This document shows, in pieces, positions 9,256 to 16,909 of a stretch of 64,000 bases of DNA. The notes under the pieces are model-generated. The model searched no databases. It saw nothing but the letters and a program-made list of their open reading frames with translations, and was not told the DNA's origin. The position numbers and the translations under genes are program-made. Numbering within the stretch: the stretch's first letter is position 1; the number at the start of each line of letters is the position of its first letter. The stretch is from Dehalococcoidales bacterium (lineage in GTDB: Bacteria > Chloroflexota > Dehalococcoidia > Dehalococcoidales > UBA1222), in NCBI GenBank assembly GCA_016286345.1, contig JAEESL010000002.1:7051-71050 (forward strand), read 5' to 3'.

Positions 9256-10272
9256 TTACTTACTTATCAGAGCACAGTGCGGCGATTCATAGATCTTTCC
9301 ATGAACGAAATAATTGTATGAACGGCAGCCGCCCGCACAGTATTTTCCATGGCTGCATGTTGCGCAGTTTCCTGTGAGCATATCTGATTTGAAGTGTCTG
9401 TTATAAGCAAAAGCATCGGGATCTTCCCATATATCACGGAGCTTCTTTTCGCGTAAATTGCCTTCTATGAAACAGTCTGCATACATGGATTCACAACCGC
9501 GGACATTCCCCACACTGTCGATACCGATCGAATTGATTCCGGCGGAGCATCCGCTGAACGGGACTGTTCCGTTAATGTTTCCGCGAAGACGGGCATCGTC
9601 TTCCGTATAGTAGCCGATATTATCCGCAAAACCGAGCAGAAAAGGCGCAGTCTTTGCATATTTCCTGACAAAATCTATGACCTTCCATACATCAAATGAA
9701 TACGGAACTCCGCTGTTTGCAGCATTTCCCATCGGAGAGCATGCCTGCAGCTGCCAGGCTCCGATTCCGGTATTACGGAGTATCAGATATAACTCTTCCA
9801 GTCTATCCACGTTTTCTGCATTCAGAGTGGAAATAACCGAAGTCGGGATACCGGCATCATTCAGAGTGTGTATGGCTTCTATGGCTCGTTTGTAACTGCC
9901 TGTCTGACGGTATTTATCATGAACATCCTCAGGTCCATCCAGAGAGACTGCAATGGATTCGATATTGACCTCCCGGAGAGTTTTTATGAGCTCCGGACGG
10001 AATAAGAATCCGTTTGTAATGATACAGACACGGATATTGTGATCGGTAAAGCTTTTTACGATCGTCGCCCAGTCAGGTCTCATAAAGACCTCTCCGCCGA
10101 TCAGAGATACTCTGCGACAGCCAAGATCAGCAAGCTGTTCAACGATCGAAAGACACTCTTCCGTTGTAAGTTCATTATCCCGTGCCCTGCCGCCTCTTGA
10201 TCCGCAGTAACGGCAGGAAAAAGAGCATGCCAGGGTTATTTCAAAAACACAGGAACGAAGTCTGAATTTCAT
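9256..10272 (-). CDS. radical SAM / SPASM-domain enzyme (candidate peptide/protein maturase)
   Basis: 338 aa. It has the rSAM cluster motif C16-x3-C20-x2-C23 (ACSFSCRYC) and a GGE motif (LIGGEVF). The SPASM signature is complete: C242-x12-G-x4-C260, C303-x2-C306-x5-C312-x3-C316, C333. The start codon overlaps the stop of the upstream small ORF (ATGA at 10269..10272). Confidence 0.9.
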   Translation of the reverse strand: MKFRLRSCVFEITLACSFSCRYCGSRGGRARDNELTTEECLSIVEQLADLGCRRVSLIGGEVFMRPDWATIVKSFTDHNIRVCIITNGFLFRPELIKTLREVNIESIAVSLDGPEDVHDKYRQTGSYKRAIEAIHTLNDAGIPTSVISTLNAENVDRLEELYLILRNTGIGAWQLQACSPMGNAANSGVPYSFDVWKVIDFVRKYAKTAPFLLGFADNIGYYTEDDARLRGNINGTVPFSGCSAGINSIGIDSVGNVRGCESMYADCFIEGNLREKKLRDIWEDPDAFAYNRHFKSDMLTGNCATCSHGKYCAGGCRSYNYFVHGKIYESPHCALISK

Positions 10273-10619
10273 TTTCTGTAAAGATTAAGATCTATTCCGC
10301 ATTTATCACAGGTGTTTGCGGCGTCATCAACTTTATTTCCGCAATTTGGACAGAAATTGATTGCAGGATTTTCACTGCTAACTGAACGATTCTCAGGATA
10401 TCCGGGGTCATCCACTGGTTCTTCAAACATATCAGGACCGGCATAAACATCCTCGCAGGGGTTGTCATTGACGTTAAAAGGATTTTTTTTCTGAAAAAAA
10501 TCAGGGCCTGCATAGACACCTTCGCACGGATCGGTATCTTTTTTCTTCTTTTTGAAATAATCCGGACCGGCATAAACACACTTCATCGGCTCGTGTTTAC
10601 CGAATAAACGAAAACTCAT
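10269..10619 (-). CDS. YAGPD-repeat protein B with C-terminal zinc ribbon (candidate rSAM substrate)
   Basis: 116 aa, with RBS GGAGG 8 nt upstream. It carries three repeats: KC-VYAGPDYF, PCEG-VYAGPDFF and PCED-VYAGPDMF. These are followed by a YPEN motif and CPNCG-x10-CDKCG. Confidence 0.75.
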   Translation of the reverse strand: MSFRLFGKHEPMKCVYAGPDYFKKKKKDTDPCEGVYAGPDFFQKKNPFNVNDNPCEDVYAGPDMFEEPVDDPGYPENRSVSSENPAINFCPNCGNKVDDAANTCDKCGIDLNLYRK

Positions 10620-11007
10620 TTATGACCTCCTGGCACTGACAATTTATTGTTGTCGTGGTGAACCGCACTCTGGACAGAATTTTGACGGTACTTCAAATTT
10701 GAAGCCACAGCTGGTACAGTAATTCTTTTCGTCACTATCACTTCCGTCTGCATGATTTTCAGGATATACGGGTGTTTTATACGTGTCCGGCATAGCAGCG
10801 CCCATAAACATAAAGCCTTGAGGGTTTCTGTTGTAGAAGTCAGGACCGGCATAAGTCATCATCATCGTCTGGTCAGACGGAGGAGTTGAAGGAAACGAAG
10901 GTTTATCCTGTGGAGTCACTTCAGAATTGGATTCATTGCTGTCTTTCTCCTGAGACTGATCCTCTAATCCCTGCTTATTTGCAAAATAATCAGGACCGGC
11001 ATAAACA
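10433..11007 (-). repeat. five dispersed copies of a roughly 17-nt coding repeat (plus-strand word CAGGACCGGCATAAACA and variants) encoding YAGPD
   Basis: Copies lie at 10433..10449, 10502..10518 (diverged: cagggcctgcatagaca), 10562..10578, 10841..10857 and 10991..11007. All are in the reading frame of the two small ORFs. Confidence 0.75.
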
Positions 11008-11039
11008 CATTTCATCGGTTCATTAGGATTTTCAATCAT
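10644..11039 (-). CDS. YAGPD-repeat protein A with C-terminal zinc ribbon (candidate rSAM substrate, paralog of B)
   Basis: 131 aa, with RBS AAGGAGG upstream. It carries KC-VYAGPDYF and a Cys-less MMMT-YAGPDFY copy, then YPEN and CTSCG-x10-CPECG. The N-terminal 13-mer EPMKCVYAGPDYF is identical to protein B. Confidence 0.75.
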   Translation of the reverse strand: MIENPNEPMKCVYAGPDYFANKQGLEDQSQEKDSNESNSEVTPQDKPSFPSTPPSDQTMMMTYAGPDFYNRNPQGFMFMGAAMPDTYKTPVYPENHADGSDSDEKNYCTSCGFKFEVPSKFCPECGSPRQQ

Positions 11040-11185
11040 AACTGACCTCCTTAATTCATATCTGTCTAATATAAAGCACTGTTTATACGGATATTTTACC
11101 TTGTGACATTATCATAAATAAATACTAAATAACCAGCAGCATATACAACATCAATAATAGTCGAAAGATATCTGTGAACAGAGTG

Positions 11186-11221
11186 TTAAAAAATACACCC
11201 CCTTGGGATCAAGGGAGTGTA
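11186..11221 (-). terminator. intrinsic terminator of rho
   Basis: Minus strand reads TACACTCCCTT-gatccc-AAGGGGGTGTA (one mismatch) followed by TTTTTTAA, 37 nt after the rho stop. Confidence 0.65.
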
Positions 11222-11257
11222 TTCAAAACCTTCCACTTTTAACTGGTTAAGCGTTTG

Positions 11258-13033
11258 CTAGACTGCCTTGTAACGATCTTTCATGATCGACTCAAGGAAT
11301 GCGGCATTATTGGATGTACGCTTAAGAGAATCTATGACTCTCTGTGAAGCTTCCTGTGTAGTAGCATTGGGTGAATCAGTTGCGATTGCACCGACCATTC
11401 TTCTGAGAAGTCTGGTGAGAGTGAATTCATTCTTTTCATACAGGAATTCATCCCGTCGGGTCGATGACTTGGTGATATCAACGGCAGGATAGCATCCGCG
11501 CTCTGCAAGCTTTCTGTCGAGATGGATCTCCATATTGCCTGTACCTTTGAACTCTTCATAGATCAGGTCATCCATACGTGAACCTGTATCGACCAGACAT
11601 GTTGCAATGATCGTCAGGGAACCGCCTTCCTCAATGTTTCGGGCAGCGCCGAAGAATCTTTTGCCGGGATGGAGAGCAACGGGATCGATACCGCCTGAAA
11701 GAGTTCGTCCGGAGGAAGGAAGTGCCAGGTTATATGCCCTTGTAAGTCTGGTGATACCATCCAAGAGAAGGAATACATCCTTTCCTGCTTCTACCATTCG
11801 CTTGGCTTTTTCGATGGCAAGTTCGGCAACTCTGGTCTGGTTCTCTTCGGCTTCATCGAATGTCGCTGCAATAACTTCGCCGCGGACACTTCTACGCATA
11901 TCGGTGACTTCTTCAGGTCGTTCACCGATAAGACAAACGATCACATGGATATCCTTATAATTCTCTTCCACTGCATTCGCAATGGCTTTCATGAGCATTG
12001 TTTTACCGGCCTTGGGAGGTGCAACAATAAGACCTCTCTGCCCGCAGCCGATAGGACAGAAAAGATCTATGATCCTGGTAGCTATAACATCGGAAGTGGT
12101 TTCCATGGTTATTCGTCGGTCAGGGAAAATAGGAGTGAGCTGGGTGAAAACTTTTCTCTGACGAGATTTTTCAGGAGAGATATCATTGATTCTCTCTACT
12201 CTGACCATACTGTAATATTTTTCTTTATCTTTGCCCGGTCGTGAAACACCGACCACATAGTCCCCTGTTCTGAGACCGAATCTCTTGATCTGAGACTGGG
12301 CAACATAAATGTCATCGGCACTGGGTAACAATGAATCCTGTCGGAGGAATCCGTAACCCTCGCCCAATATATCCAGAACACCTGAACAAAGTTTGTAGCC
12401 CTGACCCTGCTGTTCAATATAATGTGCCATCAGCTGCTCAACGACATCCTGCTTTGAATGTGTTGCAATGTCGGTAAGACCTGCGTCTGCTGCCATCTGG
12501 ATCAATTTGACGGAATCGGTTTCATAAAGCTGATCCATCGTCGGAACTGATATATCAGGATTTTTGGGATCATGAGAACCGGCATTCTGATATCTTCCGT
12601 TATAAAATTTTCCGTGTCGTTCTGTGTTAACGGCTTTAGCTGCATCTTCAGTATTTACATCAGTTGCAGCATCCGATGAAGATGCCGTCTCTGCAAGTTT
12701 TTCTTCAGCTGCAGACTTTTCCTTCTCGATCAGCCGTTTGGTCTTCAAAACACGTTTTGTGATTCTTCTTACAGGCGCAGCTTTTACTGATTCTGTTTCA
12801 GTTTTTTCCTGGGCCTCAGCAGGTACCGCTGCAACAGCCTTCTCAGGAACAGTTGCTGCAGTTTCAGTCTTGGGTTTTCTGCCGCGTTTTTTTACCTCTG
12901 GAACAGTTTCTGATTTATTATCAGCAGCTTTCTTTTCAGATGTCTTTTTTACAGCAGTTTTTCTTACAGGCTTTTTGATTTCTACCGCAGATTCTTCTTT
13001 GGTTTCTTCAGTTTTCTTTGTTCGAGGTGCCAT
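11258..13033 (-). CDS. rho: transcription termination factor Rho with a roughly 165-aa low-complexity N-terminal extension
   Basis: 591 aa. The core has the Rho N-terminal helix bundle ([22 protein letters not shown]), the CSD-like RNA-binding part ([14 protein letters not shown]), a Walker A (APPKAGKT) and the C-terminal ATPase. Residues 1-165 are K/E/A/T-rich. Confidence 0.95.
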   Translation of the reverse strand: MAPRTKKTEETKEESAVEIKKPVRKTAVKKTSEKKAADNKSETVPEVKKRGRKPKTETAATVPEKAVAAVPAEAQEKTETESVKAAPVRRITKRVLKTKRLIEKEKSAAEEKLAETASSSDAATDVNTEDAAKAVNTERHGKFYNGRYQNAGSHDPKNPDISVPTMDQLYETDSVKLIQMAADAGLTDIATHSKQDVVEQLMAHYIEQQGQGYKLCSGVLDILGEGYGFLRQDSLLPSADDIYVAQSQIKRFGLRTGDYVVGVSRPGKDKEKYYSMVRVERINDISPEKSRQRKVFTQLTPIFPDRRITMETTSDVIATRIIDLFCPIGCGQRGLIVAPPKAGKTMLMKAIANAVEENYKDIHVIVCLIGERPEEVTDMRRSVRGEVIAATFDEAEENQTRVAELAIEKAKRMVEAGKDVFLLLDGITRLTRAYNLALPSSGRTLSGGIDPVALHPGKRFFGAARNIEEGGSLTIIATCLVDTGSRMDDLIYEEFKGTGNMEIHLDRKLAERGCYPAVDITKSSTRRDEFLYEKNEFTLTRLLRRMVGAIATDSPNATTQEASQRVIDSLKRTSNNAAFLESIMKDRYKAV

Positions 13034-13041
13034 GTTTTCTC

Positions 13042-13692
13042 CTAGGTATTAGATACTTTACGCCAGTCTTCCATGAATTTTGCCTGACCGGCATCAGTTA
13101 AAGGATGTTTCATCATCTGTTCAAGTACTTTGTATGGAATGGTTGCTACATCTGCACCGGCTTTTGCGGCTTCAATGACATGCATGGGATGTCTGATAGA
13201 TGCAGCTATGATCTGTGTATCAAAACCACCGGCATCATATACTTCACGGATATCATAAATGAGATCCATGCCGTTGGTGGAAATATCATCGAGTCTTCCG
13301 AGGAAAGGACTGATGAAGTATGCGCCTGCAAGTGCTGCAAGCAAAGCCTGGTTGGCAGTGAAACACAAAGTCATGTTTACCTTGATGCCCGCCTTGACCA
13401 ATGCTGTTGTAACTTCAAATCCGTCAGGTGTGCAGGGTACTTTTACCACGACATTCTCATGCCATTTGGCGATCTTCTTTCCCTGCCTGATCATTTCAGC
13501 TTTCTTTACGGATGTAACTTCAGCTGATACTTCACCCGGAACGATATCACAAATCTGTTTGATCACAGATTCATAATCGGATATGCCTTCCTTGGCAACA
13601 ATTGTGGGATTGGTGGTCACACCATCGATACCTCCCCAGGCAACACCTTGTTTGATCATGTCAATGTTAGCTGTGTCTAAGAAAAGTCTCAT
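13042..13692 (-). CDS. fsa: fructose-6-phosphate aldolase / short transaldolase (TalC-MipB subfamily)
   Basis: 216 aa. It has MRLFLDTANIDMIKQ...GVTTNPT...VKVP and the length of the short transaldolase/FSA clade. Confidence 0.9.
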   Translation of the reverse strand: MRLFLDTANIDMIKQGVAWGGIDGVTTNPTIVAKEGISDYESVIKQICDIVPGEVSAEVTSVKKAEMIRQGKKIAKWHENVVVKVPCTPDGFEVTTALVKAGIKVNMTLCFTANQALLAALAGAYFISPFLGRLDDISTNGMDLIYDIREVYDAGGFDTQIIAASIRHPMHVIEAAKAGADVATIPYKVLEQMMKHPLTDAGQAKFMEDWRKVSNT

Positions 13693-13722
13693 TTGTTACT
13701 CCATCAAAGTTTAATATCGAAA

Positions 13723-15330
13723 CTATCCACGAACGACATCTTTAGCGGCTTCTATGAAAGCACTGAACAGCGGATGCGGACGATTTGGTCTGGAAACATA
13801 TTCGGGATGGAAAATACAACCGAGCATAAACGGATGATCGATACGCTCGCAAATCTCTATGTACTCATTATCCTTCGAAACAGCAGAGAAAACAAGACCA
13901 TCCTGTGAAAGCTGTCCGAGATATGCTTTATTGATCTCATATGAGTTTCTGTGTCTTTCAACGATATCGCTCTTGCTGTAGCACTTGTATGCAAGTGTTC
14001 CCTCTTTTACAACGCACTCGACATCTCCAAGTCTGAGTGCGGGAACCCTGGTCAGTTCCTCTCGTTTTCCCTGAGGAATGTCAACTACAGGATACAGAGT
14101 ATCAGGCGCAAAGGATGATGAATTGACATCCTTGGAATTGAATAATGCACGGCCGACCTGGATGACCATGGCTTCCATGCCGAGCCCGATTCCGAAGAAA
14201 GGAACTTTGTTGCCTGCTGCATAATCAACTACTCTGATCATTCCTTCAATATTGCGTTCACCGAAACCGCCGGCAAGACAGATGCCCTGAACATCAGACA
14301 GTTTTTCCTTTGCATCTGCTTCAGTGTTGATATCATTGGTTGATACCCACTTCAGCTGGATCTTGCAATCATATTTAAAACCGGCATGATAGATCGCTTC
14401 CCTGATTGAATAATAAGCATCTTCAAGCTGAACGTACTCTCCAACCAATGCGATCTTGACTACCTGTTTATAGTCAACTGCCTTGGCAGCTATCTCCTGC
14501 CACAGTGTCATATCGGGTTCTTTGACATCAAGTCCGAGAGAATCAACGATCAGTTTGCCGGCTCCGTAATGTTCGAGGATCAGAGGGACCTCATATACGG
14601 TCTTAGCTGTCGGCATGGGGATCACGGCATAAGGTTCAACATCACAGAAAAGGCCTATCTTTTCACGAAGACTTTCTGATATGTCACTGTCTGCCCTGCA
14701 GACCAGAATATCAGGCTGAATACCCATCCGTCTTAGTTCATTGACTGAATGCTGTGTTGGTTTGGTCTTGAGTTCCTTGGTGGAACCGATATAAGGAAGC
14801 AGAGTCACATGGATATAAAGTACATTCTCTCTGCCGACTGTCTTTCTCATCTGTCTGATCGCTTCAATGAACGGCTGACCTTCAATATCGCCGACTGTAC
14901 CGCCAACCTCAACCAGGATGACATCGGCCTTGCTTCGTTCTGCCAGCGCAAAGAAACGATCCTTAATTTCATTTGTTAAATGCGGGATCACCTGAACAGT
15001 GCCGCCGATGAAATCACCGCGTCGTTCACGTGCGAAAAGATTGCCATAAACCTGCCCGGAAGTGATATCCGATGCTGCAGTCAATTCAGTATCAGTAAAT
15101 CGTTCATAGTTGCCTACATCGAGATCTGTTTCACCACCGTCACGGGTAACATAGACTTCACCATGCTGTAACGGAGACATAAGACTGGGATCTGTATTAA
15201 GATACGGATCCATTTTCAAAGTTGCTACTGAAAGACCTCGTGCCTTGAGAATGGCACCTATGGACGCTACGGTAATACCCTTACCAACAGAACTGACAAC
15301 ACCACCGGTAACGAAAATGTATTTAGTCAA
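13723..15330 (-). CDS. pyrG: CTP synthase
   Basis: Canonical TKYIFVTGGVVSSVGKG N-terminus and a C-terminal glutamine amidotransferase domain (GICLG-like GIGLGME, HPEY). The ORF-track start (GTG 15378) adds 16 unconserved residues. I prefer TTG 15330, which is preceded by GAGAGAGGG and gives the universal M-TKYIF start. Confidence 0.93.
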   Translation of the reverse strand: MTKYIFVTGGVVSSVGKGITVASIGAILKARGLSVATLKMDPYLNTDPSLMSPLQHGEVYVTRDGGETDLDVGNYERFTDTELTAASDITSGQVYGNLFARERRGDFIGGTVQVIPHLTNEIKDRFFALAERSKADVILVEVGGTVGDIEGQPFIEAIRQMRKTVGRENVLYIHVTLLPYIGSTKELKTKPTQHSVNELRRMGIQPDILVCRADSDISESLREKIGLFCDVEPYAVIPMPTAKTVYEVPLILEHYGAGKLIVDSLGLDVKEPDMTLWQEIAAKAVDYKQVVKIALVGEYVQLEDAYYSIREAIYHAGFKYDCKIQLKWVSTNDINTEADAKEKLSDVQGICLAGGFGERNIEGMIRVVDYAAGNKVPFFGIGLGMEAMVIQVGRALFNSKDVNSSSFAPDTLYPVVDIPQGKREELTRVPALRLGDVECVVKEGTLAYKCYSKSDIVERHRNSYEINKAYLGQLSQDGLVFSAVSKDNEYIEICERIDHPFMLGCIFHPEYVSRPNRPHPLFSAFIEAAKDVVRG

Positions 15331-15486
15331 TTCCAACCCTCTCTCTAAAAAAACGCTATTACGCGCAAAGGCAGTCACTGCAATTTACTTGGGAAATTCG
15401 AATGGAAGCCACGGCTTTCATAGTGTTTTTTTTATTATATTGAGGGCATTTCGGCCTTGTCAAGGCTATAACAGCTGCAGAACCAG

Positions 15487-16830
15487 TTATATTTTTTCTC
15501 TTTTCATATGCTTCTGCAGATAGATGTAATAAACAGCACTGATGACGATACCTATAGCCGTCGCAACCGGTACTACAAAACCGATCGAAAACAGCGTTGG
15601 ATCAGGCTGGATACTCATTATGTAAGACAAAGGAAGTCTTATTAAAAGTGCCATTGTAATACCTGACAGGAACACGAACATCGACTTTGAATGTCCGTTG
15701 AAATAACCGTTGAAGCTGAACAGGATACTGGTCAACACGGCTTCGGGAGCAAGACCCTTCAGGTAATCCGCGGACTGTGCGATGACATTCGGATCATTTG
15801 TAAAGATGGAGGAGATCAGATCGCCTTTGAAGAACATCAGTGCAGTCAGGAATATACCGATACCGGCTCCTATCTCCATACCTGTGAACATGGCTTTTCT
15901 TGCCCTGTCCTCTTTCTTTGCACCGACATTCTGGGCTACAAAAGGACTCATGCACTGCAAGATAGCAAGAGGAATAAGCATGACAAAACCATTGGTCTTC
16001 TGGGCAACGCCATAGCCTGATGAGGCATCAAGACCGAGTCTGTTGATGAAGGCACAGATGGCCAGAAATGAAATATTGGTAAGAAAACTCTGGAGTGCAA
16101 TAGGCATACCAAGCCTTATGTGTTCATTGTCATGCAGATCAAGTTTGATATCAGAAATATGGAATTCAAAAGGCAGCTTCTGTCTTCTGATAATAACAAG
16201 CGAAAGGACAACACTGAGAGCCTGAGCAATGACCGTTGCAATAGCAGCACCCTGTACATTCATATGCATACCTGCAACAAAAATAAGATCACCGATGACA
16301 TTGGCTACACATGAAATACTAACAAAAAGAAGAGGAAGACTTGAATTACCAAGACCACGGAAAATACTGCTTATGAAGTTATAGGCAAGAATGAATATAA
16401 AACCGAAACCGCAGATCCTGACATATGTGGCAGTAAGATCCAGTGCTTCTTCAGGTGCCTGAAGGATAATGGACAGCGGTCTTGCAAAAACAACCATCAG
16501 GACGGAAAAAATAACCGCCATCAACAGGTAAAATGCTGTGGCATGGCCCAGCAACGGTCTGATCTTTTGCGGTTCATTGCTTCCAAGATACTGCCCCATA
16601 AGAATTGTAATGCCGACCGTCATGGCACCAAGTACAAACGTAAACATATTAAGGATATTGCCTCCGGTGGCAACACCGGATATACCTGCCGTAGTACCGA
16701 ATTTACCGACGACCCACAGGTCAACTGCACCGTACATAGCCTGCATAAGAAGTGCAGCTAAGGACGGAAGCATAAATTTAGAAAGGCTTTTTAGAATACT
16801 GCCTTCTGTAAAATATTTAACACTGTTCAT
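15487..16830 (-). CDS. MATE family efflux transporter
   Basis: 447 aa with 12 hydrophobic segments. The N-terminus (ILKSLSKFMLPSLAALLMQAMYGAVDLWVVGK) is typical of MatE. Confidence 0.85.
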   Translation of the reverse strand: MNSVKYFTEGSILKSLSKFMLPSLAALLMQAMYGAVDLWVVGKFGTTAGISGVATGGNILNMFTFVLGAMTVGITILMGQYLGSNEPQKIRPLLGHATAFYLLMAVIFSVLMVVFARPLSIILQAPEEALDLTATYVRICGFGFIFILAYNFISSIFRGLGNSSLPLLFVSISCVANVIGDLIFVAGMHMNVQGAAIATVIAQALSVVLSLVIIRRQKLPFEFHISDIKLDLHDNEHIRLGMPIALQSFLTNISFLAICAFINRLGLDASSGYGVAQKTNGFVMLIPLAILQCMSPFVAQNVGAKKEDRARKAMFTGMEIGAGIGIFLTALMFFKGDLISSIFTNDPNVIAQSADYLKGLAPEAVLTSILFSFNGYFNGHSKSMFVFLSGITMALLIRLPLSYIMSIQPDPTLFSIGFVVPVATAIGIVISAVYYIYLQKHMKREKI

Positions 16831-16909
16831 ATAAAATCCCTAAACAAACAACAAAATACACCCTGCATACCTAAATGTATGTGCAAAAAGTCATAATGAA
16901 AATGATCTG

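Noticed and set aside
9256-10272. Could the rSAM/SPASM protein be an anaerobic sulfatase-maturating enzyme or a heme/heme-d1 (AhbD/NirJ-type) enzyme? Length and domain order are similar.
   Set aside because: There is no sulfatase (C/S-x-P-x-R) or tetrapyrrole gene in the operon or nearby, and the gene is translationally coupled to the repeat proteins. It is not formally excluded without an HMM or phylogenetic placement, which I state as a refutation test in the main finding.
10494-10560. The poly-lysine/poly-A tract (KKKKK, aaaaagaagaaaaaag on the coding strand) in repeat protein B as a programmed frameshift or slippage site.
   Set aside because: The downstream frame stays open with conserved motifs in the zero frame, and no alternative-frame product of any length or similarity results.
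10292-10852. Alternative-frame ORFs 10292..10579(-) and 10616..10852(-) overlapping the two YAGPD-repeat genes.
   Set aside because: They lack RBSs and motifs. The annotated frames have GGAGG sites, the reiterated YAGPD motif, paired zinc ribbons and paralogy to each other, which only makes sense in those frames.
10425-11009. Could the reiterated roughly 17-nt word be a small CRISPR-like or other non-coding repeat array?
   Set aside because: The copies are irregularly spaced and only 5 in number. All lie in-frame in two RBS-preceded ORFs and encode the same peptide motif. There are no cas genes and no leader.
15379-15486. Terminator for the MATE gene or a regulatory leader for pyrG in the 108-nt gap.
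   Set aside because: Only short 5-6 bp stems are present (GAAGCC/GGCTTT, GCCTT/AAGGC), with no U-run in the correct orientation. Nothing is supportable.
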